From Candidatus Methylomirabilota bacterium (lineage in GTDB: Bacteria > Methylomirabilota > Methylomirabilia > Rokubacteriales > CSP1-6): a stretch of 57,753 bases of DNA. The stretch is from assembly GCA_046723845.1 (NCBI GenBank), contig JBKOVG010000028.1, forward strand, positions 1 to 57,753, read 5' to 3'. The notes beneath the pieces were generated by a model. The model did not search any database, had not been told where the DNA came from, and saw only the letters and a list, made by a program, of their open reading frames with translations. Numbering within the stretch: position 1 is the first letter of the stretch; each line of letters starts with the position of its first letter. This document shows positions 49,018 through 57,753 of this stretch, in pieces. The position numbers and the translations under genes were made by a program.

Positions 49018-49569
49018 CTAGAACAGTCCTCCGCGAGGGTGGTGGTCTATCCCGCGGTAGGCCTGGATGAACCGTACGATCCGCTTTTCGTCGAACTGAT
49101 CGAGCTTGTCTATGCGAGACCACGCGGTGAGAGCGATCAGACTGTCCATCCCGGGGTAGGGGGCCAGGATGACCTGGGTGTCGTAGCGGAGGACGACGGC
49201 TCGGAGCTTCGTCACCAGATCCGGGCATCCCTTCGGGCAGTTGTACTGGACGAGCACCCCGCCTTCCTCGAGGTTGTGGACCTGGAGCTCGTCGGGGACC
49301 GGCTCGGCATGGACGCCCCACCGAGCGATCACCGGCATGTGCGGGCCGGAGGTCGGCGGGACGGAGTTGTAGGGCACGTGCTTGTCCTCGGCCGACTTGA
49401 GGTGGTCGTTCCCGAGGCTCTTGACGAATTGGCCCGGGCGTGTGCTCGCCCAGAGGTAGAAGGCCAGGAACACAATGATGCCGGCAGCTACGGCGCCTCC
49501 CCAGACGAGTTTGCGCCTCGTCCGGCGGCGGAGCCTGGGCTTTGCGTCTCTCGATTTCGTAGTAGGCAT
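49018..49569 (-). CDS. DUF3105-like membrane-anchored protein
   Basis: YNSVPPTSGPH, VHNLEEGGV.VQY, IALTAW. Confidence 0.85.
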   Translation of the reverse strand: MPTTKSRDAKPRLRRRTRRKLVWGGAVAAGIIVFLAFYLWASTRPGQFVKSLGNDHLKSAEDKHVPYNSVPPTSGPHMPVIARWGVHAEPVPDELQVHNLEEGGVLVQYNCPKGCPDLVTKLRAVVLRYDTQVILAPYPGMDSLIALTAWSRIDKLDQFDEKRIVRFIQAYRGIDHHPRGGLF

Positions 49570-49920
49570 GATCTCCGGTTGTCCGCGTCGCTTCGCGCCC
49601 CTCCCGTACTTTCTGGCGGGCATGCGCGGCGAAACCAGTAGGCCATACGGTCCGCTCCATGGTCAAACAATCCGCGTCTCGCAGAACCGTCGCACTCAAT
49701 CGCATGGTGAGTCCAGAGTGGCCGCGTCGACGACCTCGGATCTGCCGTCCGATCCTCTCGCCGATAGCGAACTCGGTCGTGAGACAAGCAGTTAAGCGGG
49801 AGAGGAAACATTTTCCTTTTCTGTCGGAAGCCATACGCAATTCAAAAGGGCGCAGAAATAGCATGCTGAACGCAACTCGACGCGATCAAAGGCGGAAGCA
49901 TCCGTGTCGCAGGGCAGATG

Positions 49921-50066
49921 TGTTTTACAGCGTGTGAAATTTCCACGAACATAGATTCTCAGAGCCCTTCCTCTTCGGAAAACCTTACAGTTCGCGGGCG
50001 CCGAGCTCTGTGATGCGACCGAAACTGCGGAGAAAAAAGCAATCCGCGGGCTGGCCTAAGCTTTGC
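49921..50066 (+). promoter_or_regulatory. sigma54 promoter with upstream (T/C)TTACA boxes for the Gly-rich gene
   Basis: TGGCCTAAGCTTTGC (50052-50066); TTTTACAG near 49923 and CCTTACAG near 49983. Confidence 0.6.
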
Positions 50067-50338
50067 TCATGGTGCGCCGTGCGTGGCGACTGAAGGGTTC
50101 TATGCCTTCACGAACCGCTTTCCCATGACGAAGACGGGATCTACCTGGATTCGTTGCGCAACGCCGGCCGCGGAAGTCGATCCGTGCGTCGTGCGCGGGC
50201 GCGCGCCGCCCTAGGTCCTGGCCCGTGAACTGGGAATGAGGTTCGGCGTCCCTGCTCACCGACTGCCCCCAGCGGTTCCAGCGTGAGCGCGTCGACACAG
50301 CGAAACCCCAACCGACCAAACCATAGAGGACGAATCGA

Positions 50339-53128
50339 ATGAAAAGATGGATGGCACTGTTCACTATCGCGATGTGGGTCGCCGGCGTTGCGACCCCGCC
50401 GATGGTGGACGCAGCGGGGGGTTGCAGTCCTAGCATCGCGAACTCGTCGAACCGGACGGTGAGCGGGACGAGTGGGAACATCACCGTCGCCGCGGCGGCG
50501 AGTCTTGCGGCGCCCACCAACGCCACCCAGACGACTGGGAACGGCGGTAACGCAGCCGCGAGCACGATCGGGAACACGGGCGCTGCCCAGGGTGGTAACG
50601 GTGGTTCTGCCACCGGCGCCGCGGGGGGCGCGGGCGCAGTCGGAGCCGCGGGCGCGGTCGGCGGAGCTGGTGGCGCCGGCGGAGCGAGCGGAACCGGCGG
50701 TGCTGGTGGCGTGGGCGGTACGGGTGGTGCGGCTACCAACACCCAGTCCGGTACGTTCGGTGCTGCCACGGGCGGCGGGTCTGCAGCGCAGGGTGGCAAC
50801 AGCGGTGCCGCGACGAGCGGTGCCACGACGGGTGGTGCCACGAGTAGCGGTACCCAGGTTGGGAACGCCGCCGGCGGCGCTGGTTCGTCGGCGGGCGGAG
50901 CTAGTGGGGCTGGCACCGGGGGCGGCTCTGGCGCGACCGGTGGTCTGAGCGGCGGTGTGACCGGCGGCAACGGTGGAAACGCCACGGGCGGTCAGGGTGG
51001 CGTCGCCACTGGCGGCCAGAGCGGCACGGTCGACACGGGCAACGGCGGTAACGGCGGTGCGGGGACCACCGGTGCAGCCTCCGGCGGGTCTGGGGCGCAA
51101 GGTACCGGCGGTAACGGCGGCAACGCCAACGGTGGCTTCACTGTCACCGCGGCCGTCCCCGTGAGCATTGGCAACGGCGGTAATAGCGGCGCCACTGGCA
51201 ACAACACTGGTGGCGGAGCCACCGGTGGCAACAGCGGCGCGGCCAACGGTGGCACTTCTGGCGCAACGTCTCAGACGAGCACCAGCACCGGAACCGGCGG
51301 TGACGGTACGGGCGGCAGTGGCGGTAACTCCGGGAGCGCCGATGGCGGGACCGGTGGTAACGCCAACGGTGGTTCGACCGGTGCCTCGAACGGTGGTTCC
51401 AGCGGGTCTGCGTCCGGGTCTGGTGGGTCCGGCGGCAGCTCGGGTACCAGCGCTGGCGGCTCCGGGGTCGGTGGGTCAGGTGCTACGGGGACCAACACGA
51501 CGGGCAACTCGGCTGGTGGCAACACGAACTCTGGCAGCGGTACGGGCGGTGACGGGACTGGCGGCAACACCACCTCTAACGGCGGCGCTGGTGGTACTGC
51601 CTCTGGCGGAGCGGGCGCTTCTACTATTGGTAATGTCCCCACCGGCAATTCCGGTAACTCCGCCAACGCAAGTGGTAACGGTGGCGCCGGCGGCAATGCT
51701 GGGGCGGGGAGCGGCGGCAACGCAGGCGCTGGTGGCGCTGGTAATGGCGCTGCCGGCACCGCGACTGGCGGGGCTGGTGGTAACTCGACCGGTGGTACGG
51801 GCGCTGCCAACGGCGGCTCGGGTGCCGCTGCAAACGGTGGTGCGGGTGGCTCGGTCGCCGGTGGTAACGGTGGCACAGGCTCTGCCAACGGCGCCGCCGG
51901 TGGTACGGGCTCGAGCGGCGGTGCTGGTGGTGGGAACGCCGGCTCGGCCGGTGCCGGTACGAGCGGTTCCGGTACCGGTGGCGCTGGCAACGGCGCTTCT
52001 GGTGCAGGCAACGCGGCGGGTAACGCCGGTAGCGGTGCAGCTAGTGCCGGGAACAGCGGCGCTGGCGGAAACGCCACGGGTGCCGCAGGTACGGGTGGTG
52101 CCTCGACGGGTGGCACCGGGCCCGGTGGCACCGCGAACAGCGGGGCTGGCGGTGCTGGCGGTGCTGCCAATGCCGGTGCTGGTGCGACCGGTACGGGTGG
52201 CGCAGGTGCGGCCGCTACGAGCGGTGCTGCCAATGGTGGCGCCGGAGCGGCCGGAGGTGCTGGTAACAGCGGTGCCGGCGGTAACGCGACCGGTGGCGCC
52301 GGAGCAGCAGGTACGGGCGGTGCCGGTGGTGGTGGTACGACCGGTGCCGGTGGTAACGCCAACTCTGCCGGCGGTGCCGGTACGAGCGGGCTGGGCGGTA
52401 ACAGCACTGGTACAGGCGGCAACGCTACCACGGGCGCGCAGTCGGTCGCCGGTGGCGCCACCACGGGTGGCGGTGCGACCAGTGGCGCTGGCGGTAACTC
52501 CACGTCTCAGGGCGGAAATGCTTCTGGGACGACCGGCGCAACGACCAACACGGCCGGCAACGGTGCGGTTGGTGGGCAGGGTGGTAATTCCGGTACGGGT
52601 GGTGCTGGTGCCGTCGGCGGTAACGGTGGTGCCGGTGGTGCCGGCGGTTCCGGCGGTGCCTCGACCACCGGTAGCGGTGGCGCGGGTGCGCCCAACAACT
52701 CCAGCATCAACTCCGGTGCAGCGGCTGCGGCGCCGGGTGGAGCTGGCGGCAGCAACGCGCAGACCACGACGTCCGGGCCTGCGGAGAACCACGGTAACGC
52801 GACCGGGACCAGCTCGGCCAACTCCGGCGATCAGGCGACCGGTATCACCGCGAACGGGCAGTGCGCCGATGGCGGTATCAACATCGGCGGCCAGAATCTC
52901 GGTGTGGCGAACATCGGGAACGGCAACAAGAGCCTTATCAACAACGGTGACGTTCTCGGCGTGCTGATTCAGAAGCTCGGCGGCAGCAAGCCCGCCGGCG
53001 GCTCGTCGAAGGAGATCACGACCACCATCAACAACCAAGGCAACGTTGGTAACGCTGCCGGGCAGGCGGCGGTGGGGAAGAGTTCGAAGCCGAACCAGAA
53101 CAACAACCAGACGTTCATCTCGCAGTAG
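50339..53128 (+). CDS. Secreted 929-aa Gly/Ala/Thr/Ser/Asn-rich repeat protein
   Basis: Sec signal peptide (VDA|A), ~800 aa of GGxGGxG-type repeats, N/Q-rich C-terminus; GAGG RBS. Confidence 0.85.
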   Translation: MKRWMALFTIAMWVAGVATPPMVDAAGGCSPSIANSSNRTVSGTSGNITVAAAASLAAPTNATQTTGNGGNAAASTIGNTGAAQGGNGGSATGAAGGAGAVGAAGAVGGAGGAGGASGTGGAGGVGGTGGAATNTQSGTFGAATGGGSAAQGGNSGAATSGATTGGATSSGTQVGNAAGGAGSSAGGASGAGTGGGSGATGGLSGGVTGGNGGNATGGQGGVATGGQSGTVDTGNGGNGGAGTTGAASGGSGAQGTGGNGGNANGGFTVTAAVPVSIGNGGNSGATGNNTGGGATGGNSGAANGGTSGATSQTSTSTGTGGDGTGGSGGNSGSADGGTGGNANGGSTGASNGGSSGSASGSGGSGGSSGTSAGGSGVGGSGATGTNTTGNSAGGNTNSGSGTGGDGTGGNTTSNGGAGGTASGGAGASTIGNVPTGNSGNSANASGNGGAGGNAGAGSGGNAGAGGAGNGAAGTATGGAGGNSTGGTGAANGGSGAAANGGAGGSVAGGNGGTGSANGAAGGTGSSGGAGGGNAGSAGAGTSGSGTGGAGNGASGAGNAAGNAGSGAASAGNSGAGGNATGAAGTGGASTGGTGPGGTANSGAGGAGGAANAGAGATGTGGAGAAATSGAANGGAGAAGGAGNSGAGGNATGGAGAAGTGGAGGGGTTGAGGNANSAGGAGTSGLGGNSTGTGGNATTGAQSVAGGATTGGGATSGAGGNSTSQGGNASGTTGATTNTAGNGAVGGQGGNSGTGGAGAVGGNGGAGGAGGSGGASTTGSGGAGAPNNSSINSGAAAAAPGGAGGSNAQTTTSGPAENHGNATGTSSANSGDQATGITANGQCADGGINIGGQNLGVANIGNGNKSLINNGDVLGVLIQKLGGSKPAGGSSKEITTTINNQGNVGNAAGQAAVGKSSKPNQNNNQTFISQ

Positions 53129-53149
53129 CCGTAGTGGAGTAGTGTCCAA

Positions 53150-53187
53150 GATCCTGGCGGTGAGCCGCGAGGCTCACCGCCAGGGTC
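53150..53187 (+). other. Strong intergenic hairpin without a U tract
   Basis: GATCCTGGCGGTGAGCC-GCGA-GGCTCACCGCCAGGGTC: 17-bp stem with one G-U pair and a GNRA loop. Confidence 0.8.
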
Positions 53188-53227
53188 ACCACTCCGTGGC
53201 ACTCGCCACTTCGGAGACCCGGAACAC

Positions 53228-54811
53228 ATGAAGCGTGTGCTGTCAGCGATGACCTTGGCGACCATGCTGCTCGTGGTGCGTCCGGTGGCTGCCGACAGTC
53301 CTACCACCGTCCTCAACGCCGTCCAGAACCAGGGCAACACGAGCGGCCAGGCGGCGATCGGGACCTCGGGCAATACCAACCAGAACAACAACCAGAACTC
53401 GCTGGGTACCTCGAGTGCGACTTCCGTCAACATCGGTGGCATCAGCATCACCCCGGGAACGGCGGGTGGCGGCGTCTCCGGCCTCAATGCCGCTGAGTCA
53501 GGGACGGGCACGGGTGAGGGGTACGTCGGCTATTCCGGCTCGACCACCTTCGCCTCTCCCTCGATCACCTTCGGCAGCAGCAACGTGAAGAACATCAACG
53601 TCAATCTGCCCGGTCTCCCCGGCATCCTCGGCGCCCCCGGTAACTTCTCTCAGCCCTACAAGCCTGACGTATTCATCAACGGAGCAGGACCGGTGCGGCC
53701 GGCGCGCATGACGTACGAGCAGGCGGAGGAGTGCCGCGGCGGCTATGGCTACAAGGACACCTACGTCGGCGCCTCTCGTGAGAGAACCAAGGAAATCCAG
53801 CTCGTCTACGCGGCGTGGGACAAGATCGACGTCTCCAACGACATCTCGAACTACGTCGGGATCTCCTCGGTCGAGGGATCGGACAAGCCCTGGCTCCCCG
53901 CAGTCTGCGAGGCGGCGTATCACGCGATGGACAAGGGCGCCAACTACGGCGTCGTGGAGTTCATCATCCGCCCGAAGAACACCATGAAGGGCTTCGGCTT
54001 CGGCAGCTCGGGCGGCGGTTCCGTGGTGCCGAACGTGGCCACCGCGACGTCTCCGTACGGACTGGCTGCTTCCCTCGGCTTCGGCATGGGCTGGTCGTCC
54101 CAGAGGGTCGAGGGTGAAGTGATGATCCAGCTCACCGGGTTGCGCGTGCCGACGCAGACAGCGGCGGTCAAGCCTCCCGTTCCCGCGCCGACGGCCCCGC
54201 AGGTTCCCGCAGCGCCCGCGGCTCCCGCGCCGCCGGCTCCGGCTGCAGCGGCTCCGCCCGCGCCGACGCCTCCGCCCGCGCCGCAGGCGACGATCACTCC
54301 CGCGCCCACGGCGCCCGTGATTCCGCCGCGGCCGGCTGACGACGGTCGAGTGATCAAGCCGGACGGGCAGACGCTGAAGCTCCAGCCGGAGGCGCGGCCG
54401 CAGAGTGGCCCGGATCAGGCCGACCCGCAGCCGCTGAGCGTGCCGGGCCAGCCGCAGAGCGCCCAGCCGACCTCCGTGCCCGATCCGTCGCAGAGCGTGG
54501 CCCCCTCGCCGCTCAACGTGCCCGGGCAGCCCGGAGCGTCCGCCCCGCCAGATTCCGCTCCGATCCCGAACCCGACGCCGCTGAACGTCCCGGGTCAGCC
54601 CTCGGCAACCGCCCCGGCCCCGAGCCAGGCACCAGCGCCCACGCCGGCTCCAACCCCCGCTCCGCTGACGGTGCCCGGCCAGCCGGCGGCTTTCGCGCCG
54701 CAAACGCAGCAAAGCGGCGCCGCGGCCATCCCCGCGAGCTTTTCGGGCACGACGGCGACACAGCAGGCTTCGGGTATTCAGGGCAAGCTGAACGGCGCTG
54801 GAGGCCGTTGA
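53228..54811 (+). CDS. Secreted protein: N/Q-rich N-terminus, globular core, Pro-rich tail
   Basis: Signal peptide (VAA|D), host-like codon use, four PLxVPGQP repeats. Confidence 0.85.
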   Translation: MKRVLSAMTLATMLLVVRPVAADSPTTVLNAVQNQGNTSGQAAIGTSGNTNQNNNQNSLGTSSATSVNIGGISITPGTAGGGVSGLNAAESGTGTGEGYVGYSGSTTFASPSITFGSSNVKNINVNLPGLPGILGAPGNFSQPYKPDVFINGAGPVRPARMTYEQAEECRGGYGYKDTYVGASRERTKEIQLVYAAWDKIDVSNDISNYVGISSVEGSDKPWLPAVCEAAYHAMDKGANYGVVEFIIRPKNTMKGFGFGSSGGGSVVPNVATATSPYGLAASLGFGMGWSSQRVEGEVMIQLTGLRVPTQTAAVKPPVPAPTAPQVPAAPAAPAPPAPAAAAPPAPTPPPAPQATITPAPTAPVIPPRPADDGRVIKPDGQTLKLQPEARPQSGPDQADPQPLSVPGQPQSAQPTSVPDPSQSVAPSPLNVPGQPGASAPPDSAPIPNPTPLNVPGQPSATAPAPSQAPAPTPAPTPAPLTVPGQPAAFAPQTQQSGAAAIPASFSGTTATQQASGIQGKLNGAGGR

Positions 54812-54821
54812 TCGAGGCGAG

Positions 54822-55811
54822 CTAGTTCAGTACCCGATCGGCCTGGGAGAGCACCGGCTCTGGAATGGCCAGCTGGAGGCTCTTGGCGACCCGCCCATCC
54901 ACGATCACCTCGAACTTGACCGGTGCTCCGGTCGCGAGCACTGAAGGAGGTGTTCCCTTCAGGAGCTCGGCCACGAAATCCGCAGCGCGACGCCCGAGGC
55001 TGGCCCAATCGTAGTCGACAGCGATCACCACCCCGTCGGCGAGGTAGGAGCCGACGGAGGGTATGCCCCGAGCGGTGGCGAAGCCCACGATGTGGCGTCG
55101 CCAGTCGGGACGGGGCAGGAATCGAGGGCCGACGAGGAGCACGTCAGGGACCTCGCGAGTGATGGCCGCGGCGAGATTTGCGAGGTCGGGCTCGCTGCTC
55201 ACGTCGAGGACGCTGATCGCGACTCCCGCGGAGGCGGCGGCCGCCTCGAGTCCCTTGACGTACTCGGCGAGGTACGGCCGGTCCGAGCTGGTGAGGACGG
55301 CGAAGCGTGCGGCGGACGGGACGAGCGCGCGTGCCAGTCTGAAGTGGGCGGCGCTGATCTCGCGCGCGGAGGCGGCCTCCGACAGGCGCGCCACCGGATA
55401 GGTCCGGCACGGACCGTACGGCTCCGCCACGGCGATGGCGAGGATGGGGACACACTGCGCCGGCTCGATGCGCGTGTCGGCGGCGATCATCGAGGAGGTC
55501 ACGATCACGTCGGGATTGGCGCGGAGGAGATCGGCCAAAAGCCTGGGCAGGCGATCTTCGTAGCCGCTCGACCATCGGCGCTCGATGGTGAGGTTGCGGC
55601 CCTCCACGTAGCCCAGCTCGCGGAGACGACGCTGAAAGACGTCCCAGACCTGCGTCGGGTCGGCGCCCAGGGTCGCCACGCGGTAGGGAGCCGAGGGCTG
55701 CGCCGTGACCCGGACCGACGTGACGAGGAGCGAGACGATGCAGAGGACGGCGGGTATCGATCGGCGCGCGGCGAGCCGTCGCGGCGAGGACGGCTCAGGG
55801 GGAGCGGCCAT
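54822..55811 (-). CDS. ABC transporter substrate-binding protein (ABC_sub_bind type, divergent)
   Basis: LRELGYVEGRNLTIE.R, RRAADFVAELLKG, KFEV, L.IPE.VLSQADRV. Confidence 0.85.
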   Translation of the reverse strand: MAAPPEPSSPRRLAARRSIPAVLCIVSLLVTSVRVTAQPSAPYRVATLGADPTQVWDVFQRRLRELGYVEGRNLTIERRWSSGYEDRLPRLLADLLRANPDVIVTSSMIAADTRIEPAQCVPILAIAVAEPYGPCRTYPVARLSEAASAREISAAHFRLARALVPSAARFAVLTSSDRPYLAEYVKGLEAAAASAGVAISVLDVSSEPDLANLAAAITREVPDVLLVGPRFLPRPDWRRHIVGFATARGIPSVGSYLADGVVIAVDYDWASLGRRAADFVAELLKGTPPSVLATGAPVKFEVIVDGRVAKSLQLAIPEPVLSQADRVLN

Positions 55812-55821
55812 GGTGGGCGAG

Positions 55822-56769
55822 CTACTGCTGGGCCAGACGCTTGAGCTCCCCCTGCGCGCTCGCGTACTCGAAGAGGCTGGTGACGTTGGTCTCCACCGCC
55901 GCGCGGAACATCCGGATCGCCTCGGCCTTCTGCTCGGAGTTCTGCCCGTCGATGAGCAGGTACTCGCCGATGTAGAAGTAGGCCTCGCAGAGCCGCTCCC
56001 GTTGCACGCGCGGATCGGGGTCCTGCGCGGCGTTGATGACGGCCTGGGGCGTGGCCTGGCCGAGGAAAAGCTTCACGACGGGCCCGGGCCACTGCGCGAG
56101 GTTGAGCTGGGAGGCGGAGGCCTTGAGCATCTCCTTGTCCGGATCGCCGCCCCGCGCCTTGGCGAGATAGAGCGCGATGACACGATAGGGTTTGGCGGGA
56201 TCGAGCTGGACGGCCCGGACGAAGTCGGGCACGGCGGCGATGAAGAGCCCCTGGTCGAAGCGGGCGAGGCCGCGGTTGTAGAAGGCCAGCGGATAGTCCG
56301 GATCGAGATCGATCGCCGCGGCGTAGTCCTTGATGGCGAGCTCGTAGTCGCCCTTCAGGTGCTGCGTGCGCCCGCGATTGTTGTAGGCGAGGGCGGAGTT
56401 GGGGTCGAGCCGGATGGCCTGGTCGTAGTCCTGGATCGCCCGATCGTAGTTGCCCATGTGCTGGAAGGCGCTGGCGCGGTTGTTGAAGGCCAGGGCTGAG
56501 TTCGGATCGATGCGGAGGGCTTCGTCATAGTCCTGAATGGCTCGCTGGTACTCGCCCTTGCTCTGATAGGCATTGCCGCGGTTGTTGAAGGTGACCGCGA
56601 GACCCGCGCCTGAGAGGGCCCCGGACTGGATGGCGCGTGTACAGAGCTCGAAGGCGATGTTGGGATCCGGTGTCTCGGCGCACTTCTGCGCCTCATCGGT
56701 CCACTGTGCCCAGGCAGGGGCGACCAGCTGGCCTAGGAGAAGAGAGATCGCTATCGCTACCCTGCGCAT
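55822..56769 (-). CDS. Exported TPR protein, NlpI-like
   Basis: Signal peptide, tandem NNRG..Y...G.Y.RAIQDY..A TPRs, C-terminal WP...LFLG...CEAYFYIGE...EY. Confidence 0.88.
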   Translation of the reverse strand: MRRVAIAISLLLGQLVAPAWAQWTDEAQKCAETPDPNIAFELCTRAIQSGALSGAGLAVTFNNRGNAYQSKGEYQRAIQDYDEALRIDPNSALAFNNRASAFQHMGNYDRAIQDYDQAIRLDPNSALAYNNRGRTQHLKGDYELAIKDYAAAIDLDPDYPLAFYNRGLARFDQGLFIAAVPDFVRAVQLDPAKPYRVIALYLAKARGGDPDKEMLKASASQLNLAQWPGPVVKLFLGQATPQAVINAAQDPDPRVQRERLCEAYFYIGEYLLIDGQNSEQKAEAIRMFRAAVETNVTSLFEYASAQGELKRLAQQ

Positions 56770-56898
56770 GGGGGGTGCCTCGAATTACCCAGTCCCTAAC
56801 CTAAGGCCTCGGTCAGGTGGGCGTCAAGAATCATGGCCTCGGCGCCTTGTGGGCTTCTCCCAGGCTTCGGGTTAGACTCGCCCGGAGAGATAGGGCCC

Positions 56899-57753
56899 AT
56901 GGATTCGAGACGTTGTCGCTTCGCTCCGGGCCTGGTGGCGATCCTCGCCTTGTTGGCCTGCCCGGCCGGGGCGGCCGAAAAGCCGGTCTCCCAGGAATGG
57001 CGGACGTGCGCCGGCGAGATCAGGTCTTCTCCCTCGGCGCTGGTCATCAAGAGTTGCACCGACGTGATCCAGTCCGGCCGGGAGAGCAAGGCCAGGCTCG
57101 CCGTCGCCTACTACTACCGCGCCACCGCCTACCGGGTCGAAGGCCGGACGGAGCGTGCCATCCAGGACTATGACCAGGCCATAGAGCTCGACCCGAAGTA
57201 CGCCACGGCCTACAACGACCGCGGCACCATCTATACCCAGAAGGCCCAGCCCAATCGGGCCATCCAGAGCTTCGATCAGGCCATCAAGCTCGACCCCAAG
57301 CTCGCCTCCGCGTTCAACAACCGGGCGAACGCGTACGTCCTCAAGGGGGAGCTCCAGCGCGCCATCCAGGACTACGACGAGGCGACCCGGCTCGATCCGA
57401 AGTACGCCTTCGCCTACAACAACCGCGGTCACGCCTACTGGACGCTCGGCGAGGTGGACCGGGCGATCCAGGACTACGATCACGCCATCAAGCTCGAGCC
57501 GCGCTACGTGCTCGCCTACAACAACCGGGGTAGCGCCTACAGCAGCAAGGGCGACCTCGAGCACGCGGTCCAGGACTACGACCGGGCCATCCGGCTGGCA
57601 CCCTCGGACGCTGCCGCCTACAACAACCGCGGCCTCATCTTCGCTCGCCGCGGCGAGATCGACCGGGCCATGCAGGACTACGACCAGGCGATCCGCCTCG
57701 ATCCCGACCTGGCGCTCGCCTACAACAACCGCGGCAACGCCCACAGCAGCAAG
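56899..57753 (+). CDS. Exported TPR-repeat protein (partial, runs off window end; not in ORF track)
   Basis: Manual translation MDSRRCRFAPGLVAILALLACPAGAAEK..., then tandem 34-aa AYNNRG...AIQDYDQAI.LDP repeats. Confidence 0.88.
   Translation, partial: MDSRRCRFAPGLVAILALLACPAGAAEKPVSQEWRTCAGEIRSSPSALVIKSCTDVIQSGRESKARLAVAYYYRATAYRVEGRTERAIQDYDQAIELDPKYATAYNDRGTIYTQKAQPNRAIQSFDQAIKLDPKLASAFNNRANAYVLKGELQRAIQDYDEATRLDPKYAFAYNNRGHAYWTLGEVDRAIQDYDHAIKLEPRYVLAYNNRGSAYSSKGDLEHAVQDYDRAIRLAPSDAAAYNNRGLIFARRGEIDRAMQDYDQAIRLDPDLALAYNNRGNAHSSK

Noticed and set aside
50500-52800. CRISPR array or DNA tandem repeat
   Set aside because: The repeats are degenerate at synonymous positions and exist at protein level. 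There is no repeat-spacer pattern and no cas gene.
50056-53149. Long Pro-rich and Arg-rich ORFs on the minus strand and alternate frames
   Set aside because: Shadows of the GGN codon repeats of the Gly-rich gene, with no signal or domain features.
56872-57744. 290-aa minus-strand ORF
   Set aside because: Antisense shadow of the plus-strand TPR gene, which the track missed because it has no stop in the window.

Overview
High-GC bacterial window; the gene repertoire resembles Candidatus Rokubacteria/Methylomirabilota, which is an inference. The first ~35 kb (482-35799) is an integrative element inserted in the 5' half of a tRNA-Val(TAC) gene. It is bounded by a 43-bp direct repeat with paired GGGCACCA arm-type sites. 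At its right end it carries a tyrosine integrase and a primase-polymerase/AAA helicase. Its intact cargo is a Tad/Flp pilus locus (including a 58-aa flp missing from the ORF track) interleaved with four GT-C-type membrane glycosyltransferases, an exported TPR-aspartic protease, lipoproteins and a second AAA ATPase. Its left end is mostly decayed genes, including a norCB operon cut next to an IS91/ISCR-like remnant. The integrase stop codon lies inside the tRNA, and the integrase 3' end holds a candidate replacement tRNA promoter. Right of the tRNA are PEP-CTERM genes, hpaB- and tcuA-like enzymes, solute-binding proteins, a fifth GT-C, GtrA and TPR proteins. There is also a two-gene locus behind a sigma54-type motif: a 929-aa Gly-rich secreted protein and a partner that shares an N/Q-rich motif with it (candidate fibre/amyloid system). 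All family calls come from motif recognition by eye; no database search was run.
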